A stretch of DNA of 64,000 bases from Candidatus Woesearchaeota archaeon. GTDB lineage: Archaea; Nanobdellota; Nanobdellia; SCGC-AAA011-G17; CAYFGV01. The stretch covers positions 32,543 through 96,542 of the forward strand of contig CAYVLZ010000004.1 in assembly GCA_964452525.1 (NCBI GenBank), read 5' to 3'. Shown here piece by piece: positions 39,254 to 48,593 of this stretch. Each line of letters begins with the position of its first letter. Positions within the stretch are counted from its first letter, which is position 1. A program made the translations under genes and the position numbers. Under the pieces are notes generated by a model. It did not search any database and was not told the origin of the DNA. It saw only the letters and a list, made by a program, of their open reading frames with translations.

Positions 39254-41654
39254 AAGGATCATAAATTTCTTTTTGATTAGTTGGTATGATTACTACCTTA
39301 TCAGAACCTGTAGAAGTTTTTATATGATCCTGGTTTTCTTTGAATAAATTTACTTCATTAGGAATAGTATAAATATATGTTTTTGGATTATTTATTTTCA
39401 ATATTTTTTTAATGCTTATTATATCGTCTGAAGTCTTTTTAATTATTCTTTCTTCTTCTTCTAACTTTTTATCTATCTTAGTTTTATCAGCTTCTGGCCA
39501 TTTTTGTAAACTTATAAAAGATTTGTTGCGTAATTTCTTCCATAATTCTTCTGCTATATGCGGACAGAAAGGGGATAGAAGTTTTATAAATGATTCCAGG
39601 TCTTTTTTTCTTATCTCCTTTTCTAAAGACTCAAATAAAGATCTTATTTTTATTACAGCAAGATTGTATTTAAATTGTTCAATGTCTTCTGTAACCTCTT
39701 TTATTGTTTTATGCAACTTGCTTTCAAATTTTTTGCTTGATTTTCCTAGTTTAACTTTGTTGATGTAATTAAATAGCTTATTGATAAATTTAAAACTTCC
39801 TTGTACTCCTTTGTCACTCCACTCTATATCTTTATCGGGGCTTGCGATTGATACTAGGAATAATCTAGCTGTATCAATACCATATTTTTTGGAAACTTCC
39901 TCTGGTAGAACTACATTTCCACGGGATTTAGACATTACAAATCCATCTTTGTGTAACATCCCTTGATTAAATAACCTAATAAATGGCTCACTAATCTTCA
40001 CAAATCCGAGATCTCTTAGTGATTTAGTAAAAAATCTTGCATAAATTAAATGCATGCAAGCATGTTCTGCTCCTCCGATGTACTGATCAACAGGCATCCA
40101 ATAATTAACTTTCTTTTTATCAAAAGGTTTTTTATTATTTTTATTATCACAATATCTTAAAAAATACCAAGAGCTATCAAAGAAGGTGTCCATAGTGTCT
40201 GTTTCTCTTTTTGCTTTATTTTTGCATTTGGGGCATTTTACATTAACAAAGGTATTACTGGTTGTTAATGGATTTCCTTTCCCGAATTTTACTTTTTCAG
40301 GTAGTTTAACTGGCAGGTCTTTTTCTGGAACAGGAACAATACCACAACTTTCACAGTGAATCATTGGTATCGGAGTCCCCCAGTATCTTTGTCTTGAAAT
40401 AAGCCAGTCTCTTAGTTTAAATTGGGTATCTGGGTGACCGAAATTTTTCTTTTTTAGATATTCTGTTATCTCATACGTAGCTTTTTTACTATTTAATCCT
40501 GAGAACTTATCTGAATTAACTAGAATTCCTTCTCCAGTATAAGCTTCCTTTAACTTTTCTTCATTTAGGCTTTTATCTTTGTTCTGGATAACTACCCTTA
40601 TAGGAATCTTATACTTCTTAGCAAAATCAAAATCTCTCTGATCGTGTGCTGGGACTGCCATCACGACCCCGCTAGCATAATCTGCAACAACAAAATTAGA
40701 AGCATAAATAGGAATTTCTTCTTTCGTTAAGGGGTGAATAGCGTATCTTCCAGTGAATATGCCTTGTTTCTCTTTTTGTTCTTTAGTTTGTTTTGGTAAA
40801 TTTTTAAAGAATTTTTCAACATCTTTTTCTTTTTTTGTTCCTTTTGCTAATTCTCTAACCTCAGGGTGTTGGATTGAATATACTAAGAATGTAACCCCGT
40901 ATAAGGTATCGGGTCTTGTCGTAAAAACTTCTATTGTTTTTTTTGAATCTTTAATTTTGAATTTAACTTTTGTTCCTTTACTTTTTCCTATCCAGTTTTC
41001 TTGCATTATCTTAATTCTTTCTGGCCATTTAAGTTTAGGAATTTCTTTTAATAATTCATCAGCGTATTTAGTTATTTTGATAAACCACTGTTCTAGATTC
41101 TTTTCAATAACCTCTGTATCTTCGTGTCTCCAGCATTTCCCATTATGTACCTGTTCGTTAGCCAGTACGGTATTACATTTTTGACACCAATTAACTAAAG
41201 CTTTTTTTCTGTACACCAAATTTTTTTCAAAGAATTTTAAAAAGAAATACTGATTCCATTTATAGTATTGTGGATCTGATGTATGAAGTATTCTGGACCA
41301 GTCATAACTTAAACCTAGAGACTTTTGTTGTTTTATGAATTTTTTAATGGCTTTTTCTGTGTATTTTTTTGGATGTGTTTTTGCTTTGATAGCTGCGTTT
41401 TCTGCCGGCAAACCAAAGCTGTCATAACCCATAGGGTAAAGAACATTAAAACCTTGCATTCTTTTGAATCTTGTGTATATGTCACCTATTATGTAATTTA
41501 GAGCGTGGCCCATATGAAGGCCTTCTCCTGAGCTATATGGAAACATTTCTACAATTGATTGTTTTTCCTTTTTAGGATTCTCTTTGACTTGGAATATTTT
41601 TGATTTTTCCCATTTAGACTGCCATTTCTTTTCAATTTTATTAAAATCAACCAT
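39201..41654 (-). CDS. leuS: Leucyl-tRNA synthetase, bacterial-type core
   Basis: MFPYSSGEGLHMGH, TVLANEQV, DWLISRQRYWGTPIP, MHLIYARF, VMSKS. Confidence 0.97.
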   Translation of the reverse strand: MVDFNKIEKKWQSKWEKSKIFQVKENPKKEKQSIVEMFPYSSGEGLHMGHALNYIIGDIYTRFKRMQGFNVLYPMGYDSFGLPAENAAIKAKTHPKKYTEKAIKKFIKQQKSLGLSYDWSRILHTSDPQYYKWNQYFFLKFFEKNLVYRKKALVNWCQKCNTVLANEQVHNGKCWRHEDTEVIEKNLEQWFIKITKYADELLKEIPKLKWPERIKIMQENWIGKSKGTKVKFKIKDSKKTIEVFTTRPDTLYGVTFLVYSIQHPEVRELAKGTKKEKDVEKFFKNLPKQTKEQKEKQGIFTGRYAIHPLTKEEIPIYASNFVVADYASGVVMAVPAHDQRDFDFAKKYKIPIRVVIQNKDKSLNEEKLKEAYTGEGILVNSDKFSGLNSKKATYEITEYLKKKNFGHPDTQFKLRDWLISRQRYWGTPIPMIHCESCGIVPVPEKDLPVKLPEKVKFGKGNPLTTSNTFVNVKCPKCKNKAKRETDTMDTFFDSSWYFLRYCDNKNNKKPFDKKKVNYWMPVDQYIGGAEHACMHLIYARFFTKSLRDLGFVKISEPFIRLFNQGMLHKDGFVMSKSRGNVVLPEEVSKKYGIDTARLFLVSIASPDKDIEWSDKGVQGSFKFINKLFNYINKVKLGKSSKKFESKLHKTIKEVTEDIEQFKYNLAVIKIRSLFESLEKEIRKKDLESFIKLLSPFCPHIAEELWKKLRNKSFISLQKWPEADKTKIDKKLEEEERIIKKTSDDIISIKKILKINNPKTYIYTIPNEVNLFKENQDHIKTSTGSDKVVIIPTNQKEIYDPSNKAKKARKNKPALYLE

Positions 41655-41730
41655 AATTTAGAAATTGTTGGAAGAGACTATTTAAAGTTTTTGAAAACAT
41701 TTAAATATTAATGAAAAGTTGTTTTTGTAG

Positions 41731-41824
41731 GGGCCCGTAGCCTAGCCTGGATAAGGCGTCTGAACAAGAGTTCCGCCAAAGCCTTCTAAGCTGAAGATCG
41801 TGGGTTCAAATCCCATCGGGCCCA
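41731..41824 (+). tRNA. tRNA-Arg(UCU) with 19-nt intron at 28/29 (41761-41779)
   Basis: Removing the intron restores stem TCAGC/GCTGA around CTTCTAA; GGCG/CGCC central helix. Confidence 0.9.
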
Positions 41825-41869
41825 TTCTAATGAATAATTTTATAAAGTTAGGTCGTTAATCAGTAATAA

Positions 41870-41975
41870 GCGTCCGTGGCCAAATCTGGTAAGGCAACCG
41901 ATTCTCTAAGAGAAGTTGAACCTGCAGAACCAGATTAGAAAGCGGTGATTGGGGGTTCAAATCCCCCCGGGCGCT
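41870..41975 (+). tRNA. tRNA-Cys(GCA) with two introns: 30/31 (41901-41920) and 37/38 (41928-41940)
   Basis: Spliced form has stem ACCGC/GCGGT, loop CTGCAGA, short variable loop and U73. Confidence 0.85.
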
Positions 41976-41980
41976 TTTAT

Positions 41981-42812
41981 TTATTTCTCAATAAATTTTC
42001 CTTCAACTAATTCACCGAATCTTATTATTTTTCCTCTTTTAATCAATTCTTTTACAGTTACATTAAGATCATTTGCGTTTAAATAAGATAGAAGAGATGC
42101 ACAGCCATCTCCTATTAACTCTGAACTTATATAAGTATCTAGTATAAACTGTGGAAGATTTTTTTCAGGCACACCAATTAATTCTGTAATATAATCTCCA
42201 TTAGCTCTACGTGCTATCTCTTTGAAAGTTTTTGATGTTTCGAATTTATATGTAACTTGTATGCTTGCATAATTCATAGATCTGTGTACGCCTGTTAATG
42301 AAAGATTTACAATATCTCTTAATGGTAGATTAAGTTCTATATTAATTTTTTCTAGAATAGATTCTCTAAAATTTAATTCGGTCCCTGTAACAGAACACAT
42401 TCCGGATGCAGAAGAATCTAATTTTCCTGCTGCAAACACTCTATTGCTTCTACGTTGGACTGCTATTATATTGTCCTTAGTCTTCAATATGGCACTCACG
42501 CCAGAGGCTCTAGCTAATTCATACAGCTCTTGGCGGAATGGCATCTCGTCCTATCCAAATAAGAAGAAAGAGTATCATGCAGTCTGTAACTCATTGAAAT
42601 AAATTTTAGACAATCATTTTGTGTATCCCACAGAAATCCAATGGTAGAATCAAAGAAGCCCTTTTCTAATCTTTTTTTTTCCAATTTTCCTCAGTTAATT
42701 CTTCTTCTTTTTGTATAAGAATTGTGTCCAAAGATATGTTAGGATCGTATTCTATGCTGAATTGATTAAAGGTATTATTTCCTTCTCTATTATAAAACCT
42801 TATTTCTTCCAT
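41981..42812 (-). pseudogene. Nudix-like hydrolase gene with two frameshifts
   Basis: Frame from ATG 42812 breaks at an A9 run (42672-42680) and again near 42550 before joining ORF 41981-42544 (VQRRSNRVFAAGKLDSSASG). Confidence 0.6.
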
Positions 42813-42912
42813 TAATGGAAGATTTTGTTATTACTTATAAATACTGTGATTTATAAAAAAGTTTATATAATCCTTTTTCCATATATTGATCTTAGTACAA
42901 AGGTGGAAAAAA

Positions 42913-43026
42913 ATGAGACTCAAAACAATGTTGATATTATTAATAATTGTAATAGTTTTATTATTTCTTTTTAGAAGAGAATTATTAATGCAGATAATAG
43001 ATAGTGTTAGAAATCTCTTAGGTTGA
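42913..43026 (+). CDS. 37-aa single-TM protein
   Basis: AGGTGG SD and upstream TTTATATA; MRLKTMLILLIIVIVLLFLFRRELLMQIIDSVRNLLG. Confidence 0.6.
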   Translation: MRLKTMLILLIIVIVLLFLFRRELLMQIIDSVRNLLG

Positions 43027-43056
43027 TTTTTGAATAAATAAGAAAAAGAGAAAAAG

Positions 43057-44979
43057 TTATTTCTTAGTTAAAATCATCTTCAAGAAGAAAATGATTATTA
43101 CCACAAGCACAAGGTCTGCCAAAACAAAGAATACGGTCTTTGATGTGCTTTCGCCACCACCGAAGATGCTGTCAACAAAAGATGTAAATCCTGTTACTGT
43201 TGGGGTGATTGTTACGCCGTCTCTTTCAACAGTTATTGACATTGTTTCAGTATCTAATACTGTACCGTCTTCTTTAACTCTTAATGTTAAAGTATAAGTT
43301 CCGGGTGTAGTATCGGAGTCTATTTCTAATGAGACAAAGGCTTTACTTGAGTCTCCCGAATCTATATTCTCAGAAGGTTGGTCAATACCTGCTAGTATAG
43401 CAAAGTCTTCATAACCTGAAGCCTCCAAAACATAATCATTGGTGTCGTCTCCATTATTCTTAATATCTAGGCTTATGCTTATTGAATCTCCTTGGTCTAC
43501 GCTCATTGAAGTGGTATCAAGAATTATCTCTGCATCTCCGCTTGAAGTGGTTGATTCACAATCTCCACTAACTATGAATTCCTGGACATCAAGTTCCCTT
43601 GTTCTTATGAAGTCATTATCTTCATTGTAAGCAGCTACACCTATGAAGTATGTTCCTTCTTCAGCATCAGAAGGTATTCTAGCAGTAAATGATCTTGTAT
43701 CTTCTCTGTCATCATAATCATCGCTGTCTAAATCAAATCTACTTGAAGTCAAGACAACATCAACACCTTCAAGAGTTACTTCAAGGTACATATCATCTTG
43801 ATCATCAGTTCCTACGTTAACTGCTCTAACATCTATATCCATACTTTGCCCGCATCTTATTGTTTCTGGAGAGATAGATACGGATTCTATAGCTATTTCG
43901 TCATCTTCGGGTTTTTGAACATCTATTTCATCCATGAAGATTTGTGTTACTTCAAAATTATCTCCATTTTCGTCTTCCCCATCTACAATAACTATTATGT
44001 TATATGTTCCTTCATCAACGTTTAAAGGAATTTCAAATTCAAAAGTAAGATCTTCATTATCTCCTTCGTCTAAATCGAATTCGTCACTTTCTTCTTCCAA
44101 ATCGTCATTATCATCAATATCTTCAATCTTTACCTCTACCTTGATATCTTCTAAATCTAAATCGCCAATGTTATCTATTTCTACATCAATATCAATATTT
44201 TCTCCAGGTTCTGGTTCATCTTCACTTACATCTTCAATGTCAATGATTATGAATTCGCTTTCAACATCTACAGTCAATTCAAAAGAGTCAGAAACTGTTC
44301 CGTCTGAAACTTCAACTGTCCCAGTATACTCTCCAAGGAATAGGTCTTCTGGAATGGTTGCGTATACGGAAACAACCTCAGACAGTCCTTCATTTATTGT
44401 GTAAGGTCCTGTTGGGTTAAATGTAAATGTTATCTGATCTCCACTAGGGTCTTGAAAATCATCTGCAGTAAAAGATATCTCTACATTGGTTAAATCTGTG
44501 TTTCCAGTATTTTCGATCTCAAAAGTTAATGTATTTGTATCATTTCCTGGAGTTCCATCTAAAGAAATAGAAGACTCAACAACATCTATACCTGGATTTT
44601 CATTAACAGTTACTACAATATTAACAGAGTCTGTTTCAGCTCCAGATTCTGCTGTTATAGTTTCGGTATAATCGTCTGCTGATAATCCGCTAGGTATTAT
44701 TATATCAAATGTTATTTCCTGTTGTTCATCAGGATCTAGATCAACAGGTTCTGGATCAAAATTATTTATGGTTATATCAGCATTTGTAGCTGAAAAACTA
44801 ATTCCGGTTATAGTAGAACCACCAGTATTCTCTATTGTCATTTGTCCTTGAACTGTTGTTCCAGGATTACCTGAAGCAGTTAAGGAATTTTCAACAATGT
44901 TTAGGTCTTGTGGAACTGCCACTACCAATGCAATTATAGCTAATAAAATTGGTATTCCTAAAAAATATAGCTTTTTCAT
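43057..44979 (-). CDS. Putative S-layer/cell-surface protein with Ig-like (CARDB-like) repeats
   Basis: Signal peptide, repeated IENTG units, very acidic, Thr-rich linker, C-terminal TM. Confidence 0.8.
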   Translation of the reverse strand: MKKLYFLGIPILLAIIALVVAVPQDLNIVENSLTASGNPGTTVQGQMTIENTGGSTITGISFSATNADITINNFDPEPVDLDPDEQQEITFDIIIPSGLSADDYTETITAESGAETDSVNIVVTVNENPGIDVVESSISLDGTPGNDTNTLTFEIENTGNTDLTNVEISFTADDFQDPSGDQITFTFNPTGPYTINEGLSEVVSVYATIPEDLFLGEYTGTVEVSDGTVSDSFELTVDVESEFIIIDIEDVSEDEPEPGENIDIDVEIDNIGDLDLEDIKVEVKIEDIDDNDDLEEESDEFDLDEGDNEDLTFEFEIPLNVDEGTYNIIVIVDGEDENGDNFEVTQIFMDEIDVQKPEDDEIAIESVSISPETIRCGQSMDIDVRAVNVGTDDQDDMYLEVTLEGVDVVLTSSRFDLDSDDYDDREDTRSFTARIPSDAEEGTYFIGVAAYNEDNDFIRTRELDVQEFIVSGDCESTTSSGDAEIILDTTSMSVDQGDSISISLDIKNNGDDTNDYVLEASGYEDFAILAGIDQPSENIDSGDSSKAFVSLEIDSDTTPGTYTLTLRVKEDGTVLDTETMSITVERDGVTITPTVTGFTSFVDSIFGGGESTSKTVFFVLADLVLVVIIIFFLKMILTKK

Positions 44980-45048
44980 TTAAAACCCCCCAATTGTAAT
45001 ATAATGATATGACTTCGGAGTAGTCAAGCTCGTTTATAAAGGTTTCGC

Positions 45049-45663
45049 TTAACTCATTTCTTTAAGTTTAGAAAGAATCTCTTCTTCTTCAGGATCTTTT
45101 GTTTTTGGAGTTAAACTGTGTATTATCCCTACTAGTATAAATAATCCTATGAGTATTGCTAGAAATGCTGAGATAGTTATTTCATCTAAAGGAATATTTG
45201 TATAAACCAAGATTATTGATACGTATGCTAAGAAGTTTAATGGAATTTTCGAGGATATGCCGAATGCTAGATTTTTAGGTAGTAAATGGAAGAAATCCAC
45301 TAAAGTTATGACTAAACCAAATGTGATTAATGTAGCTATTACTGTTAACTTTAATTTATCTCCTAGTAGATTATTAGTGTATAGATATCTTGCCAGGTAT
45401 ACTGAAACAAAGATTAAGACAAGGCTATTACCGAAGGCAGTATTCCAACCAAGCTCTTCTTCTTTGTATCTACCAAAGTAAAATTCTAGAAGTACCATGG
45501 TTAGTATTAAAGGTATTAATATCCAGAGCATATCAACATCGTTGAGAGGTGCTTGAAGAATGGTGATTGTTCTTTCTTTTGTTGCAAAGTAGAACTCTCT
45601 AAGATGTTGCTCTATTATAGGCAGGTAGTAAGATACTGTTGCTGAAAAGTTTTCTAGTGCCAT
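45049..45663 (-). CDS. Membrane protein
   Basis: Multi-TM; EELGWNTAFGNSLVL. Confidence 0.75.
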   Translation of the reverse strand: MALENFSATVSYYLPIIEQHLREFYFATKERTITILQAPLNDVDMLWILIPLILTMVLLEFYFGRYKEEELGWNTAFGNSLVLIFVSVYLARYLYTNNLLGDKLKLTVIATLITFGLVITLVDFFHLLPKNLAFGISSKIPLNFLAYVSIILVYTNIPLDEITISAFLAILIGLFILVGIIHSLTPKTKDPEEEEILSKLKEMS

Positions 45664-46178
45664 TTTTTATTTAAGTGTATGAATAATGTACTTATTGAAT
45701 AGCCAATTACAGCTCCAAAAACAACATCAGTAAGATGATGTGTTCCTAGGTAAATTCTGGAAAAGGCTATCATTAAAACTATCGCTAACCATAAGAATTT
45801 AAATTTTTTGTAATTCTTTAAGAAAGGTAACGGAACAAGGGCTGTAGAAGTGTGGCCGCTTGGAAAAGAAGATGTTGATTTCTGTATTAGAGATTCTAAA
45901 GGCCTTGGTCTTGATATTGTAAATTTTAATAAATATGTTATTGCTATTGTAGTTAAGAAACTTAAAAGTAGTACTGGAATTTTTTCTTTTTTCTTGAATA
46001 GGAAGATTAGAAAGAATAGAACAACTATAAACACTTCAAAGGTTATAAAATCTAAGGATATGAAGAACTGGTTTAATTCTTGTACTCTATGAGAAATAAT
46101 AAAAGATGTTATTTGGTTATCGAAAATAATTGATAATATTAACAATGTTGAAATGAGGATTATCTTTCTGAGATTCAT
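45654..46178 (-). CDS. PAP2 family phosphatase
   Basis: KxxxxRPRP, SFPSGH, SRIYLGTHHLTDV. Confidence 0.92.
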   Translation of the reverse strand: MNLRKIILISTLLILSIIFDNQITSFIISHRVQELNQFFISLDFITFEVFIVVLFFLIFLFKKKEKIPVLLLSFLTTIAITYLLKFTISRPRPLESLIQKSTSSFPSGHTSTALVPLPFLKNYKKFKFLWLAIVLMIAFSRIYLGTHHLTDVVFGAVIGYSISTLFIHLNKKWH

Positions 46179-46211
46179 ATCTATAACTTAGGATTTTGGT
46201 TTATAATATTT

Positions 46212-46796
46212 TTGAAACGAAAAGATTATAAACGAAAATTAACGGATTTGTTTATGAAATATGAGTACAGACTTATTGTAAGAATATTTCTTGCTTTGAT
46301 AATCCCGTATAAAATATTTTATCCGCTGTTTACCTTTATTACTATATATCCTTCGTTTTTAATTACTAAGTTATTGTATCCCGGAGCAGTTCTATATTAT
46401 TCTGAAAAGATTATTTCCCTTTGTAGTCGTACTCTGGATTTTGTTCCTGCTTGTATAGCTGCGTCTGCGTATTATCTTTTATTATTGTTGATTCTTTTGA
46501 CTAAGGACATAAAACTTAAAGATAGAGTTTATATGTTCTTGATAGGGGCTGCATTAATATTGGCTATGAATATAGTTAGAATAGAAATTTTAATAATTGC
46601 ATTATTAGAATTTGGAAAGTCTTGGTTTGATTCTGTACATTTGTTGTTTTGGAGATTTTTATCTAGCGTATATGTTTTCTTAGTATGGATATATTTAGTT
46701 AAGAAATTTAAAGTTAAAAGTATACCTGTATATAGTGATTTAAAAGACCTATATAAGAAAAGTTCATTAAAAAAGAAGAAGAGAAAAAGAAGATAG
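46212..46796 (+). CDS. Archaeosortase/exosortase-family protein (pacearchaeosortase-like)
   Basis: PACIA (Cys), NIVRI (Arg), VHL (His) in a multi-TM protein. Confidence 0.78.
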   Translation: MKRKDYKRKLTDLFMKYEYRLIVRIFLALIIPYKIFYPLFTFITIYPSFLITKLLYPGAVLYYSEKIISLCSRTLDFVPACIAASAYYLLLLLILLTKDIKLKDRVYMFLIGAALILAMNIVRIEILIIALLEFGKSWFDSVHLLFWRFLSSVYVFLVWIYLVKKFKVKSIPVYSDLKDLYKKSSLKKKKRKRR

Positions 46797-47375
46797 TTAT
46801 ATTTTTTTAGATTTTCTATAAAGAATAAATACTATTGTAAGTATTGCTACAACCAATAATGTCAGTAAGCCAAAGTAAGTATCTATGAAATTTACAATCA
46901 TCTCTCCAAACAACATTACCAGTAAGGCTATAATGAAAAATCTTAGACCCCTTCCGATAAGTGATGCTAGAATAAATTTCTTTATATTTATGTAAAAAAC
47001 TCCTGCTGCAATTGTAATTATCTTAAATGGTATTGGTGTAAAGGCTGCTATAAAAACCCCCCAAGGACCGTACTTGTTAAATAAGTTATGGACTCTATCA
47101 ATCTTATTTTCAGATACAAATTTTTTTAGTATGGCTATCTTTCCTATATAACCGATTAAATAACCAAGTAATGCTCCAAGTACGCTTCCGAGGGTACATA
47201 TTAATGCGAATAAAAAGGCTTTATCTGGTTCTGCTAATGTTAATACTACTAGTAAAATGTCGGGAGGTACAGGAAAGAAAGAAGCTTCCATAAATGCCAA
47301 AATAAACAAACCAATAGGACCGAGAGGAGTAAATGTATTTTGTGTCCAGGTTATTAAAGATGTAATGAAACTCAT
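46797..47375 (-). CDS. YqaA/DedA (VTT) membrane protein
   Basis: EASFFPVPPD, FTPIPFK, GRGLRFF. Confidence 0.9.
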   Translation of the reverse strand: MSFITSLITWTQNTFTPLGPIGLFILAFMEASFFPVPPDILLVVLTLAEPDKAFLFALICTLGSVLGALLGYLIGYIGKIAILKKFVSENKIDRVHNLFNKYGPWGVFIAAFTPIPFKIITIAAGVFYINIKKFILASLIGRGLRFFIIALLVMLFGEMIVNFIDTYFGLLTLLVVAILTIVFILYRKSKKI

Positions 47376-48235
47376 TTTTTGCCTTGGAAAGCTAAGAGAT
47401 CTTCTGTTGTTATTTTTTGTTTTTTCTTAAGTTTCTCCTCTACTTCCATGGCTTTTTTATTTATTATTTCTTTATCAATTAGTTCTCTTGTTAGCTTTTC
47501 GGTATTATCTACCGCTTTGATTTTATCTTTTATTTTGTTAGCTCTTAGGAGTTTATCCCTTAATTCATTATTGATATCCATGAACTCCCTTTTAAATTCT
47601 AAGAATTTTGAGAATGCTTTTTCTTGCTCTTCCTTTAGTTTATGTATCTCTCTAGAAAGTTCTGCGAAATTATCATAATCTTTTCTACTTTTCTGTACTT
47701 CTTCTCTTAGTTTATTATGGGCTTCTTCTGCTTTTTGTTTGGAATCGTTTAGATTTTGGGATATTTCTTTTGATCTCTTTACGAAAGATGATGTCTCATC
47801 ATAGATTTTCTTTAACTGTTTTATTTGTTTCATTACTTTTTGTTCGGATTCAGGAGAAAGAGCTTCAGTTTCTATACGCTCTTCTAGTCTTTTAATCTTT
47901 TCTTCTAGTTTAGTAGGGTCAAACTTGATTTTGTGTTTTTTTAATATTTGTCTTTTTTCTTTGTCTGCATCTTTAATTTCTTTTATTAGGTCCTTTACTT
48001 TTTTGTTATATTCATCTCTCTGTTTCTTCATCCTTTGAACATATTCATTAGACTTATCTTTCTTAGATTTTAATTGTTTAATTTTTCTTATAGAATCCAT
48101 AACATATTTTCTAAGTTCCTCTTTTTTGTTAAACCATTTCTCTTTTTCTTGGTTTACCTCATTAAGTTTACCTCTTAATTCAGAGATTTCCTTATTGGTT
48201 GTTTGGAACTTATTTTTAAGATTCTTCTTTTCCAT
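47372..48235 (-). CDS. Archaeal coiled-coil protein
   Basis: Continuous coiled coil ending KITTEDLLAFQ. Confidence 0.8.
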   Translation of the reverse strand: MEKKNLKNKFQTTNKEISELRGKLNEVNQEKEKWFNKKEELRKYVMDSIRKIKQLKSKKDKSNEYVQRMKKQRDEYNKKVKDLIKEIKDADKEKRQILKKHKIKFDPTKLEEKIKRLEERIETEALSPESEQKVMKQIKQLKKIYDETSSFVKRSKEISQNLNDSKQKAEEAHNKLREEVQKSRKDYDNFAELSREIHKLKEEQEKAFSKFLEFKREFMDINNELRDKLLRANKIKDKIKAVDNTEKLTRELIDKEIINKKAMEVEEKLKKKQKITTEDLLAFQGKK

Positions 48236-48274
48236 TTTTTAAAGGCAATACAAAAAATAAAAAAATAGTTTTAA

Positions 48275-48574
48275 TTAACCGAATAAGCTACCTAGTCCTG
48301 CGGCTGCGGATTCTTCTGATTTCTCGTCATTCTTCTCTTCCTCTTTCTTCTCTTCTTTAGACTCTTTAGCCTCAGCCTGTGGTGCAGTAGTAGCAACTGG
48401 AGCAGCTTCTTTAATTGCCTTCTCAATATCAACGCCGTCTAATGCTGCTATTAATGCTTTTATTTTAGCATCTTCAACTTTTATTTCTGCTGCTTCAAGA
48501 ATCTTTTTGATAGCTGATTCTTCTATCTTTTTACCTGATTTGTGTAATAGCAATGCTGCATATATTAATTCCAT
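48275..48574 (-). CDS. rpl12p: Ribosomal stalk protein P1/L12p
   Basis: MELIYAALLLH...AAAGLGSLFG; start at ATG 48574. Confidence 0.96.
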   Translation of the reverse strand: MELIYAALLLHKSGKKIEESAIKKILEAAEIKVEDAKIKALIAALDGVDIEKAIKEAAPVATTAPQAEAKESKEEKKEEEKNDEKSEESAAAGLGSLFG

Positions 48575-48593
48575 TTTGATACCTCCATGAACA

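Noticed and set aside
4622-41975. Clustering of aminoacyl-tRNA synthetase genes as a special system
   Set aside because: Plausible by chance in a small genome dominated by informational genes; they do not form one operon.
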